Positions 1-9,837 of a DNA stretch of 64,000 nt are shown here, one piece after another. Made by a program: the position numbers and the translations under genes. Each line of letters begins with the position of its first letter. Position 1 is the first letter of the stretch. The DNA comes from Candidatus Aenigmatarchaeota archaeon (GTDB taxonomy: Archaea > Aenigmatarchaeota > Aenigmatarchaeia > GW2011-AR5): assembly GCA_016193585.1 (NCBI GenBank), contig JACPRW010000001.1, positions 59,171 through 123,170 of the forward strand, read 5' to 3'. Under the pieces are notes generated by a model that was given only the letters and a program-made list of their open reading frames with translations, did not search any database and was not told the origin of the DNA.

Positions 1-580
1 CCAGTTCCCTGTCAAGTGCGTTCCTTCCGGAAGAATCGACGATGAGCACGTCAGCCCTGACCTGCCTGAGCGCGTTGCGGACAATGGTTGCCGCATCCTT
101 TTCGTTCTTCTCCCCGTAAAACGGTACGTCTATTTTTTGCGCTAATTGCTGCAGCTGCTCATATGCGGCAGGGCGCGCGGTGTCACAGCCAATAAGCGCA
201 GGCTTCATGCCCTTCTTCTGGTAGAAGCGCGCAAGCTTGGCGGCGGTGCTCGTCTTCCCTGACCCGAACAGGCCGGCGAGCAGCACTTTCTTGTTGCTGA
301 GTTCGATGTGGGGCTTGTGCTTGCCCAGTACGTTCACCAGTTCTTCGTAGACGACGCGAATGACGTGCTCCTTGCGCGTGAGGCCTTCGGGCAGCTTCTC
401 GAACGCGCGCTGCTTTATGCGCTCGCTCAGCTGGAACACCAGTTTCACGTCTACGTCGGCAGCGATGAGCGCGCGCTGGATGTCCTTCACCAGGCCGTCG
501 ACGACGTCCTTGTCCACGGTGCCGAGCCTGGCTACCTTGTCTATCGCCTCGCGCAGCGTGTCGGAGAGCGCCTTGAGCAT
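1..580 (-). CDS. srp54: Signal recognition particle protein SRP54 (N-terminal NG domain; 3' end runs off the window start)
   Basis: Reverse-strand translation from the ATG at 580 reads MLKALSDTLREAIDKVARLG...LLAGLFGSGKTSTAAKLARFYQKKG...DSSGRNALDREL. This has the SRP54 N-domain and the GTPase G1 (GSGKT) and G2 motifs. The frame is still open at position 1. Confidence 0.85.
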   Translation of the reverse strand, partial: MLKALSDTLREAIDKVARLGTVDKDVVDGLVKDIQRALIAADVDVKLVFQLSERIKQRAFEKLPEGLTRKEHVIRVVYEELVNVLGKHKPHIELSNKKVLLAGLFGSGKTSTAAKLARFYQKKGMKPALIGCDTARPAAYEQLQQLAQKIDVPFYGEKNEKDAATIVRNALRQVRADVLIVDSSGRNALDREL

Positions 581-587
581 AGTATCA

Positions 588-812
588 CTATCCGAATTCT
601 TCTCTTGATTTTCCTGTTTGCCGTATGATGTATTTAATCACAAAGACGGTGACATCCTTATGATGGGGAACCCATGTAGTCAATACCCCTTCAGAAGTAG
701 CTTTCTTAAATGTTATATGTCTAGCAGACCTGACTTTTGTAAACCCATTGCTTAGGAGGATTTCAATAATTTTACTTTGCGGGAGAGGACGAAGTTTTCC
801 TATGTAAAACAC
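588..812 (-). CDS. hicA: HicA-like mRNA interferase toxin
   Basis: 74 aa with LPxxSKIIEILLSNGF...VPHHKDV..IKYIIRQTG, the HicA (YcfA) pattern. It sits in an AT-rich patch and overlaps the HicB partner. Confidence 0.7.
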   Translation of the reverse strand: MFYIGKLRPLPQSKIIEILLSNGFTKVRSARHITFKKATSEGVLTTWVPHHKDVTVFVIKYIIRQTGKSREEFG

Positions 813-1044
813 CTTCTGGTATATCTACAGGGATATTAGTCAATGAAACCGACATTATCGTCTTTATTTCAGGCTTCGTTGTGTCTGGATCATGGTAAAA
901 TTCGTTTATTAAATCCCTGATATTTTCCTTTACTTCTGCTTCTGTTCTTCCCTGCGTAGCAATATCAAGAACAGGGCACGAAGCCACATACCATTCATCT
1001 TCTTTCGCTATGAATACAGGCAATGGAATTGATATTTCTGCCAT
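772..1044 (-). CDS. hicB: HicB-like antitoxin (UPF0150 fold)
   Basis: 90 aa with EWYVASCPVLDIATQGRTEAEVKENIRDLI, which is typical of HicB/UPF0150. It lies immediately upstream of hicA with a 41-nt overlap. Confidence 0.65.
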   Translation of the reverse strand: MAEISIPLPVFIAKEDEWYVASCPVLDIATQGRTEAEVKENIRDLINEFYHDPDTTKPEIKTIMSVSLTNIPVDIPEGVLHRKTSSSPAK

Positions 1045-1094
1045 ACACCCTACTAGTGAAGCAAATGTCTTAAGCTTTGCGGCAAAGTATTCGC

Positions 1095-1481
1095 ATGGAC
1101 GTCTGCATCATTGCCGCGTCGAAATCAGACGAGGAAATTGTAGGCAACATAACGAAAATCCTTGAAGAGTACAAAATTAGCTACGAGTTGCAGTTCGCTT
1201 CGGCTCACCGGGAGCCTGAAAAGGTACAAAGCATTGTAGCACATTCCCATGCAAAGGTCTTCATCGCCGTCGCAGGGCTTGCAGCCGCGCTGCCCGGCTT
1301 TGTCGCCAGCATCACGAAGAAGCCGGTCATCGGCGTTCCCGTGTCCTCGAAACTGGGCGGCCTCGACGCGCTCCTCTCCATAGTCCAGATGCCCAGAGGC
1401 GTGCCGGTAGCGGCAGTGGGCATCGACAACGGCGAGAATGCCGCGCACCTGGCGAAGCGGATACTTGACGCTGCGCAATAG
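1095..1481 (+). CDS. purE: N5-carboxyaminoimidazole ribonucleotide mutase / AIR carboxylase catalytic subunit
   Basis: MDVCIIAASKSDEE...ASAHREPEKV...PVIGVPV..GGLDALLSIVQMPRGVPVA, the PurE signature including the SAHR motif. The ORF track starts at TTG 1077; the ATG at 1095 is preferred. Confidence 0.85.
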   Translation: MDVCIIAASKSDEEIVGNITKILEEYKISYELQFASAHREPEKVQSIVAHSHAKVFIAVAGLAAALPGFVASITKKPVIGVPVSSKLGGLDALLSIVQMPRGVPVAAVGIDNGENAAHLAKRILDAAQ

Positions 1482-1482
1482 G

Positions 1483-1579
1483 TTATAGCAATACAAGGAA
1501 ATAAACACGATATTACATTCTTGTTTGCTCTATGTGAAGCAAATGTATAATATCGGTATTATTTATTTGCTTCACTATA
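1483..1579. repeat. TATAG-terminated palindromic hairpin elements (F6-type TATAGCAATACAAGGAA... plus F1-type GTGAAGCAAAT-loop-ATTTGCTTCAC)
   Basis: It is the reverse complement of 62520-62580 (ttatagcaatacaaggaaataaaca.gata...cttgtttgct.ta). The inner hairpin is gtgaagcaaat/atttgcttcac. Confidence 0.7.
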
Positions 1580-1894
1580 TGCAGCGTGTCTTCAGAAAGA
1601 ATTAAGGGGAAATCATGATGCATGACTGCGATGACGCCACTAGCGCACGTGGAAGTGCTGATGCAGCTTCTATCCTGCAGACGGGTGAAGGAGAATCCGT
1701 GTATTTCATTTCACACGAAAACCGCATGTCGTCTGCATTACCTATGATGGCTTGCAAATAGCTATCCGCACACAATCCTCTTGAAACTGATTTCGGCATT
1801 GAGAAACTGTACAAGGGCGATAACGGCTGTATGCGTGGGCTTGTAAATAGAAATCTTTAAATACTACTATTTATAAGTAATAACAGGTGGTGGC

Positions 1895-2311
1895 ATGAGT
1901 CTTGCAAAAAAAGGAGGTCTGAATAATCTGCCAGAAGAATTTGTCAGACGCCAGCGTGAGCGTTCTGTAGCTGTAGCTTATAGTGATGTAGATTTACTCT
2001 TGAAAATTGCCTATAGACAAGTGCCAGATTCGGTTATTCAAGGAGTCAGTGAAAGCACCAGAAGAGAAGTTGCTCGTGGTCTTTACGCTACAACTGTTAG
2101 CTGTGTAAGGGCAACAGGCGAGACCCTTTCCAGAAGTTTGACGGTGCTTGGGGTGGAGGTAGGAAAAAATTTTGCTGACGAATTTGTGGAAAGGTATGCA
2201 CGTAGCCTTACGGACCTGAAGGGAAGATTATGCAGGCGCTATGGCATAGATGATATTTCCCGAAGCCTGTTAATTATTCAGTATATGCAGTTCACTACTC
2301 CTTCATCATGA
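1895..2311 (+). CDS. hypothetical protein (AT-rich, likely foreign)
   Basis: 138-aa ORF with a GGTGG SD-like motif before the ATG. GC is low relative to neighbours and I recognise no family. Confidence 0.45.
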   Translation: MSLAKKGGLNNLPEEFVRRQRERSVAVAYSDVDLLLKIAYRQVPDSVIQGVSESTRREVARGLYATTVSCVRATGETLSRSLTVLGVEVGKNFADEFVERYARSLTDLKGRLCRRYGIDDISRSLLIIQYMQFTTPSS

Positions 2312-2355
2312 TGCACTGGCTGTTCACGCATTGTGCCGTGTAGCCGCTCGTCGTG

Positions 2356-3363
2356 ATGCCGCCAGCATGCGCTTTTCAACTTTACGCTGATAATAGTTTC
2401 ATGGTTGCTGATGAAGTGCTGAGGAACCAGATCAGCAACAGCCTTCGTGAGACCAATTTCCGCTTCGGCAGCCGCTACAGGGGCAAGGTGCGCGATAATT
2501 ACACCGTCGGCGGCGAGCGCGTCATCGTTGCCACCGACAGGATTTCAGCTTTTGACGTTGTCCTCACGACGCTGCCGTTCAAAGGGCAGGTACTCAACCA
2601 GCTTGCCGCGTTCTGGTTCGACAAGACACGGCACTTGTTTCCCAACCACGTCATCGACGTCATCGACCCCAACGTCACCGTCGCGAAGGAATGCGTCCCT
2701 ATTGCTGTCGAAATGGTCGTGCGCGGCTATCTCACCGGCGTGACGCCAACGTCTGCATGGTACCACTACCAGAAGGGCGTCCGCAACTTCTGCGGCAACC
2801 TGCTGCCCGACGGCATGCGCAAAGACCAGCGATTTGATGAGCCAATTCTCACGCCGTCAACGAAAGCGCATCTCGGGCATGATGTTTCCCTGGCAAAGGA
2901 AGAGCTGCTGCGCACGGGCGTCGTGGACAGGGACACATTCGACATCATGGAGGAAGCGTCCTACAGGCTTTTTGATTTCGGTTCGCGTTTTGCGGAAAAA
3001 AACGGCCTTGTCCTTGTCGACACGAAATACGAATTCGGCGTGCACGATGGCGAAGTCGTGCTCATCGACGAAATCCACACGCCCGATTCCTCCCGTTACT
3101 GGTTCAGCAGCAGCTACGAGGAGAATTTCGAGAAGGGCATCGACCAGAAGTCGTTCGACAAGGAATACCTGCGGAAGTGGCTCAGCACGCAGGGCTTCGA
3201 TGGACGCGGCCCTGTGCCTCAGATTCCCGATGAGGTAAAAGTAGAGACGGTGAAGCGGTATGTCGAGGCATTTGCAGCGATTACCGGCGAGGAATTTAAG
3301 CCCGCACCAGGCAATGTATTAGAACGAATACAGCACGTGCTCGCGGAAAAGGGGTATCTATGA
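2356..3363 (+). CDS. purC: Phosphoribosylaminoimidazole-succinocarboxamide synthase (long form)
   Basis: GKVRDNYTVGGERVIVATDRISAFDVVL... matches the SAICAR synthetase family. The start is uncertain: GTG 2353, ATG 2356, or the internal Met at about 2401. Confidence 0.85.
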   Translation: MPPACAFQLYADNSFMVADEVLRNQISNSLRETNFRFGSRYRGKVRDNYTVGGERVIVATDRISAFDVVLTTLPFKGQVLNQLAAFWFDKTRHLFPNHVIDVIDPNVTVAKECVPIAVEMVVRGYLTGVTPTSAWYHYQKGVRNFCGNLLPDGMRKDQRFDEPILTPSTKAHLGHDVSLAKEELLRTGVVDRDTFDIMEEASYRLFDFGSRFAEKNGLVLVDTKYEFGVHDGEVVLIDEIHTPDSSRYWFSSSYEENFEKGIDQKSFDKEYLRKWLSTQGFDGRGPVPQIPDEVKVETVKRYVEAFAAITGEEFKPAPGNVLERIQHVLAEKGYL

Positions 3364-3412
3364 AAAATAAAACGGGATACGACTACTTTGCAGAAAGCAA
3401 GGGAGGGGTATT

Positions 3413-4780
3413 ATGACATTCAGTGGCATTTCGCCGTTCGATTACCGCTACCTGCGGGACAAGAAACTTGCAGAGAAGGTTGCTCCGTTCCTGTCCGAGG
3501 AAGCGCGCATCGGGTACCAGCTCAAGGTGGAATGCGCAGTTGCCAAGGGGCTGGCACGCGTCGGCGCATGCACGAGAGGCGTTGCTGATGAAATCATCGC
3601 GGCAGCAGCGGAAGTCACGGCCAAAGAGGTGTACGAGGAGGAGGACAGGATACAGCACGACATTCGCGCGCTGGTGAACTGCATCAGGAAGCGGCTCGGC
3701 GGCGAAGCAAAGCCGTTCGTGCATCTCGGCGTGACGTCGAGCGACATCATCAACACCGCTGACGCCATGCGCTACAGGGAATTCACCGGCTCGTCGCTCC
3801 TGCCGTCGCTCCTTGAACTTGAGCGGACGCTCATCAGGATTGCACGCACCGAGAAAGCGACGCTGCAGATAGGCAGGACGCACGGCCAGCATGCGGAACC
3901 CATCACGTTCGGCTTTGCGCTGACGGAATACGTGAGCAGGCTCGGCGGAAGGATACTGGCATTAGCCGAGAGCGCCGGGAACCTGCGGGGCAAGATGTCG
4001 GGAGCCGTCGGCGCGTACAATGCCCTTGCGCTTATTACCGATAATGCCGAAACGTTCGAGGCATACGTGCTCGACGAGCTCGGCCTCAAGCCGGCAACGC
4101 ATGCGACGCAGATTGTCGAGCCGGAATATCTTCTTGACTATGTTCACTGTGTTGTTGCTGCATTCGGCGTCATTGCGAACCTTGCCGACGATATGCGACA
4201 CCTGCAGCGGACAGAACTGGCAGAAATAGGCGAGTCGTTTGGCGATGAGCAGGTCGGCTCGTCGACGATGCCGCACAAGCGCAACCCTGTCAATTTCGAG
4301 AACGTGAAAAGCATGTGGAAGGCGATGATGCCGCGCATGATCACGCTGTATGCTGACCAGATATCCGAGCACCAGCGCGACCTCACCAACAGCGCTTCAG
4401 GAAGGTTCGTTCCTGAACTGCTCGCAGGCCTGCTGGTTGCCGCTGAGCGGATGCAACGAACCATGCAAAAGCTTGCGGTGGACAGGGAGCAGATGCGGCG
4501 CAATGTCGAGCGCAGCAAAAGCCGCATCATCACCGAGCCGCTGTACGTCCTGCTCGCCGTGTACGGCTGCCCTGATGCGCACGAGGCAGTGCGGCGTTTG
4601 ACGCTGCTGGAGAAGCCAATTCTGGAGGCGCTGGAACAGGATGCTGCGCTGGTGCCATACTACGCCAAGTTCACGCCGCAGCAGAAAGAAATCCTGGAGC
4701 ATCCTGAAACGTACACTGGCAGGGCAGCTGAAAAAACAGAAGCGGTGTGCAGCTACTGGGAAACAATGCTCAGCCAGTAA
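3413..4780 (+). CDS. purB: Adenylosuccinate lyase
   Basis: 455 aa with the fumarate-lyase signature GSSTMPHKRNP and an SRLGG-like region. A GGAGGGGG SD lies before the ATG. Confidence 0.9.
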   Translation: MTFSGISPFDYRYLRDKKLAEKVAPFLSEEARIGYQLKVECAVAKGLARVGACTRGVADEIIAAAAEVTAKEVYEEEDRIQHDIRALVNCIRKRLGGEAKPFVHLGVTSSDIINTADAMRYREFTGSSLLPSLLELERTLIRIARTEKATLQIGRTHGQHAEPITFGFALTEYVSRLGGRILALAESAGNLRGKMSGAVGAYNALALITDNAETFEAYVLDELGLKPATHATQIVEPEYLLDYVHCVVAAFGVIANLADDMRHLQRTELAEIGESFGDEQVGSSTMPHKRNPVNFENVKSMWKAMMPRMITLYADQISEHQRDLTNSASGRFVPELLAGLLVAAERMQRTMQKLAVDREQMRRNVERSKSRIITEPLYVLLAVYGCPDAHEAVRRLTLLEKPILEALEQDAALVPYYAKFTPQQKEILEHPETYTGRAAEKTEAVCSYWETMLSQ

Positions 4781-4806
4781 AAGCCGCTGAAAGTAAAGGA
4801 AGGCAC

Positions 4807-6051
4807 ATGAAGCTAACAAATATGCTCAGGAACCTGTTCAAGACAGAAGAAAGCAGGTTCCAGGAAGAAAAGATACTGTCGTTTGAAGAAGCCCTGCTGC
4901 TTTTCAACAGCGGGTGCGAAAGTCTGTCTGCAGAAAAGCTTAACCAGGCACTAGGGCTTTCGGAAAAGATATTTTCTGAATTTCGCATCATGGAAGAAAC
5001 ATTGTCTGCGCTTAAGCTGCAGAAGCTCGATGAAAAATACAGGAGTTCGGAAGCGATAAAAAACCAGTTCTGCGAGAAGTTTATAGCCAGAACCCAGAAG
5101 CTTGAGATGCCGGAAAAGGATAATCATGATATCAGGAGTTTTGCAGATTCCGCAGGAATGCTAGCAGCGGACACCGGAATAACGCCAAAACAGGCAATGC
5201 ACCTGAAATTCTTTTTTGAAAGCGAAATGAAGGGAATAAGCGAGAAAATAAGGCGCATTGATGCGCTGCTGGCTGAAATGAAAGGCGTTCTGAATTCAGA
5301 GATATTTCTGGCCAAAGAAAGCATAGGCAGGTCGCTTGACAAAATCATGTCATCCACACAGTATGCAGAAATCAGCAGGAAAAAGCTAAAGAATCTGGAA
5401 AGCGATATTACCGGACTCGAGAAGCTGAAAATGAAAAATCAGGAAACACTTCGCAGATTTGATGGCAGCGAGCTGCAGCTTCATCTGGCAAATATAAATG
5501 CGCTTGAAGAAGAAAAGTCCAGACATCAACAGCGGATAATTTCTGAAATCGGCTCTGTTTCAAGGCTTCTGAAAAAATACATGCACCAGAAGAACCTACA
5601 GGACAAGCTTCTGAATACATACATTTCCGACCCGGCTGGCGCAATCCATGAAGACAAGCATCTTCAGATAAAGCAGCATCTAAGCAGTGCGGTACAGATT
5701 GCAGATGAACTGGGCGTAGAGCGAAGGCACGTGGAGCGGGCACAGGCGCTGCTGAAAAATTTTGATTCGCTCGCAGAAAGCAGGGACGCCATAGCTTCCA
5801 TTGGAAGACAGATAGCTCAAAAGGAAGACTATATTTCTAAAGCCGTAACGCCCAGAATCAGGCAAAAAGAAGCTGCCGAAGACGAGCTGGTAGCGCTGGG
5901 AAAGAAACTGGAGTCAGCCATGGCCGAGAAATATGACACCGAAAAGCAGCTGGTGCATACGCAATCTGAGGTGCAGAAATTGCAGGCTTATGTAATAGAG
6001 AGAATTTCAAGCGCATTAAGCATGAAGATAAAGCTCACTTCAGAATCCTGA
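4807..6051 (+). CDS. coiled-coil protein of unknown function
   Basis: About 415 aa, rich in K/E/L with heptad-like composition. An AGGAAGG SD lies before the ATG at 4807. No enzymatic motif is recognised. Confidence 0.55.
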   Translation: MKLTNMLRNLFKTEESRFQEEKILSFEEALLLFNSGCESLSAEKLNQALGLSEKIFSEFRIMEETLSALKLQKLDEKYRSSEAIKNQFCEKFIARTQKLEMPEKDNHDIRSFADSAGMLAADTGITPKQAMHLKFFFESEMKGISEKIRRIDALLAEMKGVLNSEIFLAKESIGRSLDKIMSSTQYAEISRKKLKNLESDITGLEKLKMKNQETLRRFDGSELQLHLANINALEEEKSRHQQRIISEIGSVSRLLKKYMHQKNLQDKLLNTYISDPAGAIHEDKHLQIKQHLSSAVQIADELGVERRHVERAQALLKNFDSLAESRDAIASIGRQIAQKEDYISKAVTPRIRQKEAAEDELVALGKKLESAMAEKYDTEKQLVHTQSEVQKLQAYVIERISSALSMKIKLTSES

Positions 6052-6651
6052 CTCTTCTCCCTTCAGTGGTAATCTTGCCTTCGGCAAACAGCCTTATAGA
6101 CTTCAGGATGATTTCCTGCTCTGCCTGCTGCACCTTGGCCTTCAGCGTGTCCACTGTTTCATTTTCTTCGATGGCAACTGCCTTCTGGAGGATGACGGGT
6201 CCTGCATCAACATCTTCAGTAACAAAGTGGAGCGTGCAGCCTGTTACCTTGCTGCCGTAGCCAAGCACGTCCTTGTGCACGTCCCTGTCCATTCCGCCTC
6301 CAAACGCCGGCAGCAGCGACGGGTGGATGTTCATAATGCGGTTCCTGTACCTGTCGACAAATGGCTTTGCTATGATTTTCATGTAGCCGATGAGCAGCAC
6401 AAGCTCGACGTTTCTCTTTTCGAGCTCCCTCATGATTTCCTCATCGTACTGTTCTCTGGTCCTGCCCTTGGGATCGATGAATAGGGCATCTATGCCATGC
6501 TTTCTGGCCCTTTCCAGCGCATACGCATCGCTTTTGTTGCTGATGACGCACGCGATGCGCGCATCCAGCGTACCTGACTGTATCGCATCGATGACCGCCT
6601 GCATGTCCGTGCCGCGCGTCGAGGCGAGGACTGCTAGTGTGACGGTCATGC
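6035..6651 (-). CDS. purN: Phosphoribosylglycinamide formyltransferase
   Basis: MTVTLAVLASTRGTDMQAVIDAIQSG...NIHPSLLPAFGG...LHFVTEDVDAGPVILQ, the PurN formyl-transferase signature. The ORF's upstream extension shows no similarity. Confidence 0.85.
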
Positions 6652-6722
6652 AGCACCAACCATGTATCACCATACAAGCAAAAAGATTATAAACCCCTCT
6701 GCCCAAAAGTATAGAAGATTGT

Positions 6723-7109
6723 ATGAACCTGAAGCTGGCAGCTCTCAAGGGAGCGATGTTATGGGCGCTCGTTTTCTTCGAAGTGAGCATACTCATGTTC
6801 GGGTTCGGCGTGCAGGTGCCGTCAACGCTCTATTACATTGTCCACCTGCCGCTCCTCGCCGCGTTCACGGCATTCGCCGCGCATCTCTATTTCAGGAAAG
6901 AAAAGCGTGCAGGAGCAAAGAACGGCTTTATGCTGGGGCTGTTGTTCCTGCTGGTAGGGATAGTCCTTGACGCGCTCATTACCGTGCCGCTGTTCGTGAG
7001 AGACTATGCATTCTTCATGCGGGCAGACATCATGGTCGGCTTTGCGGTGGTGCTGGCAGCTGCAACAGCGGTCGGCATGCGTGCGCGCAGAGGGAAAAAG
7101 AAGCGATGA
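6723..7109 (+). CDS. small integral membrane protein (4 predicted TM segments)
   Basis: 128 aa, hydrophobic, with a KKKR tail. Confidence 0.5.
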   Translation: MNLKLAALKGAMLWALVFFEVSILMFGFGVQVPSTLYYIVHLPLLAAFTAFAAHLYFRKEKRAGAKNGFMLGLLFLLVGIVLDALITVPLFVRDYAFFMRADIMVGFAVVLAAATAVGMRARRGKKKR

Positions 7110-7338
7110 GATGCTGTGTCAAGTGCCTCGCTGCATGAGCAACCATAAGCTTTCTTGCAATTGAAATAGCCAGTTGCAATGTTGCCCTCTTTCATTGCAC
7201 AGCCGGTGAATACCGAGGTGTGCCATCCTGTCTAGTGCTGTGTATGAATGAAATCCCCTTGGTGACGCGCCTAAAGGCAGCAGTTTTCAAGGCATTCAAG
7301 ATAATGATGCAATGTATCGACGTAAGTCGACAAAAAGT

Positions 7339-8721
7339 CTAATTTTCAGCACTCCTCAGCCGCTTCATGTTCCCGATGCTTCCCTGTATATGTTCGTCGG
7401 ACGCGGCATCCATCCTGTTCCAGAGGTTGCCGTGTATCGCGTGCACGCCTTCCATGGAAATGCGCCGTGCCTCATGAATGGAATCGCCGATGCCGACGGC
7501 GCACACGGTGCGCGAGTTCAGCGCATACGTTTTGCCGTCCCGCAGCTCCATGGAGCACGGGTAGATGCGCAGCTGGTCGTGATAGTGGCTCGCAAGCTTT
7601 TCAGCATCATTGAGGTCCACTTCCCGTGTGCCCTCGAATGCCGGAGCCTTGCCGCCGTAGGTGGGAGGCACCTTGTAGATGGCGACCGATGCTTTGTTTC
7701 TGGTCCGTATGCCGTGCAAATTCCCGCTAATAATACTGAAGCACGTCTCGACGAAATCGTCCTGCAGCGTCGGCATGAGGCATTGCGCTTCCGGCATGCC
7801 AAATCGGGTGTTTATCTCGAAGACCTTGAGCCCTTGCGGCGCGCAGACGAACGCGAAGTACCAGACGCCGCGCAGACCAGTGTTGCTGCCAGTGCCCTTC
7901 AGCTTGGCGAACACCTTCTGGCCGATGGCGAGCGCGTCGTCCCAGTCCTGCCGTGACATGAATGGCAATATATTCCCTGCGTCTTTGTACGAGCCCATGC
8001 CGCCGGTGTTCGGCCCTTTGTCGCCATCGAACGCCCGCTTGTAGTCGCGCACCGCCGGCGTCGGCACGAGCCGCGTGCCGTCGCTCACGAACTGGAGGCT
8101 GAATTCTTCGCCTTCTATTTTTTCCTCGATGATGACCGGGCTGTGGCCGAATATGGTCAGGAAATGCTGCCATAAATCCTCGCGTGTCGCGAAGTGGTCG
8201 CCCCACACGCCGACGCCCTTGCCGAAGCCGGGCTTGTCCGGCTTGACAGCAGCCTGATTGCCGAGCTCGTCGAGCCACGAGAACACGTCTTTTCGCGCAT
8301 CATCGATGCTTGCGTAGTCTTTCCGGTCAAAAACCCTGAATCGCGGATTCACGTCAGGCGCGGCTTCATGCAGCAGCTGCCGCTGCAGCACCTTGCTCCC
8401 TTCGACGGCAAATTCCTTGGTCGGGCATAGCATCGGTATGCCCATGGGTTCGAGCACGTCGCGGATGCCGTCGATGATGGGGTTTTCAGGCCCGACAATG
8501 CCGAAATCGATGCTGCCCTTATGCTTTTTGGCGAACGCGGCAATATCCTGCACGTCCAGATTAGGAATTATTGCGTGCTCCTTCGCGCGCTTCGCGTTGA
8601 ACGGGTTCCGCTGCTTGTCGGCGATGTAGAATTCTGTGTGGTAGTCGCTCCGCGAGAGCGCGTCGATGATGGAACACGCCCGCGCGCCGTAGCTGACGAC
8701 AAGAATGCCAACGCGCTCCAT
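7339..8721 (-). CDS. purD: Phosphoribosylamine--glycine ligase
   Basis: 460 aa starting MERVGILVVSYGARA... with the GARS N domain and an ATP-grasp (A and C domains). Confidence 0.88.
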   Translation of the reverse strand: MERVGILVVSYGARACSIIDALSRSDYHTEFYIADKQRNPFNAKRAKEHAIIPNLDVQDIAAFAKKHKGSIDFGIVGPENPIIDGIRDVLEPMGIPMLCPTKEFAVEGSKVLQRQLLHEAAPDVNPRFRVFDRKDYASIDDARKDVFSWLDELGNQAAVKPDKPGFGKGVGVWGDHFATREDLWQHFLTIFGHSPVIIEEKIEGEEFSLQFVSDGTRLVPTPAVRDYKRAFDGDKGPNTGGMGSYKDAGNILPFMSRQDWDDALAIGQKVFAKLKGTGSNTGLRGVWYFAFVCAPQGLKVFEINTRFGMPEAQCLMPTLQDDFVETCFSIISGNLHGIRTRNKASVAIYKVPPTYGGKAPAFEGTREVDLNDAEKLASHYHDQLRIYPCSMELRDGKTYALNSRTVCAVGIGDSIHEARRISMEGVHAIHGNLWNRMDAASDEHIQGSIGNMKRLRSAEN

Positions 8722-8771
8722 ATCGGGTCTTTGATGAGAAACAATTTAAGATTATACGGCATCCTACTGGT

Positions 8772-9437
8772 ATGCCCATTGTCTCTCGGTTGGTATTAAC
8801 GCCAGTGGATACGCATGAGCTTCATGCACACGGCATGTATATCAGAGGAGAAGAGATACGCCTCCGGAGGGACGAGAAGGCAGAGCTGTTTGGCAGGAAT
8901 GTCAGGCAGGGTGATGTCATATCGATTGAGTACAAGCTCAACGGCACCGCTGCTGCTGTTGCATATCACATCTCATCTGCAGAACCGCCATATGGACATG
9001 TCGGCAGAAAGACGACGGTTGTTATCGAGGGTGAACGGCATGAAGGTAGAGCAGAGGCCATGCGTGCGTATGAAACGCCTTCTTCGCTCCTTGCGTTTGC
9101 CATTGACGCGGAGGTAAGGGGACTGAAAAATGACCCACATGCCGATGTGCCATTTGAACCAGAATCAGCAAGAGGAGGTCACCAAAACCCGTACCGGCAG
9201 AGAGAACCCTTAATCGACGTGATGGAAGAGAACAACGGCGTGCGGATAGTTGTCGAGGCGCCCCCAAGAAGCGTGCGAAGATTAACGTATGCATTCAAGC
9301 GTGATGCGCTTGTGCTGGTTATAGGCGGGGTACCGTACACTGTTGACATGCCTCCGCTGGAAAATCCTGTCATCACCGAGGAAAGCCGCAACCCCGCTTC
9401 TGGAATTGTAAGCCTGCGCCTTGAGAATCGCCAATGA
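8772..9437 (+). CDS. hypothetical protein (C-terminal region weakly Hsp20/alpha-crystallin-like)
   Basis: 221 aa. The C-terminal IDVMEENNGVRIVVEAPP...LVLVIGGVPYTV resembles an ACD beta-sandwich. Confidence 0.4.
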   Translation: MPIVSRLVLTPVDTHELHAHGMYIRGEEIRLRRDEKAELFGRNVRQGDVISIEYKLNGTAAAVAYHISSAEPPYGHVGRKTTVVIEGERHEGRAEAMRAYETPSSLLAFAIDAEVRGLKNDPHADVPFEPESARGGHQNPYRQREPLIDVMEENNGVRIVVEAPPRSVRRLTYAFKRDALVLVIGGVPYTVDMPPLENPVITEESRNPASGIVSLRLENRQ

Positions 9438-9837
9438 TGCATGTGCTGCGTCACTGCTTCAAAAGTTCTTCGACTTCATCGGTGTACGCCTTGAATGGGT
9501 CGGGCGTTTGCAGCGGTGGTTTATTAAGACCTCTCGCCGGCAGTGTTGTCCACGGCTGTTCAGTCGACGGCACACGCATACCTCTCTCTGCAAGCGTCCT
9601 GATGTATAGCGACCTGCCTTGCGCGCGGGTTGCCGGCGGGTTGTCCACTGCGTAGGCTATTTCCTCATCTGCCACGAGCCGCTTGACCTGTTCCCTGTTC
9701 TGCAGGGCATAGAATAAGCTGCCCTCTCCCACCTGATGTTACCTCTAAAGTCAAGAACCCTATCTTTTATTTTCATAAAGACGGTTTCAATTCCGTAATT
9801 ATGGATTCTGCTTGTTTGGTAATTCTGTATTCTATGC

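Noticed and set aside
6035-6796. Upstream extensions of purN (to 6796), purM (to 30088), rrp4 (to 46632), pcn (to 59243) and MBL (to 49072) suggested by the ORF track
   Set aside because: The extensions lack family similarity and overlap neighbouring genes or repeats. Internal ATG/GTG starts that align with family N-termini were preferred.
7004-7195. Cys-rich 63-aa ORF (CKKAYGCSCSEAL) on minus strand
   Set aside because: It overlaps the 3' third of the membrane-protein gene 6723-7109 convergently and has no RBS. It is probably chance.
7312-8278. Long ORFs antisense to purD (7312-7956 +, 7727-8278 -, 7679-8044 +)
   Set aside because: They lie inside or antisense to a well-supported purD gene and are Arg/Ala-rich, typical of GC-rich antisense frames.
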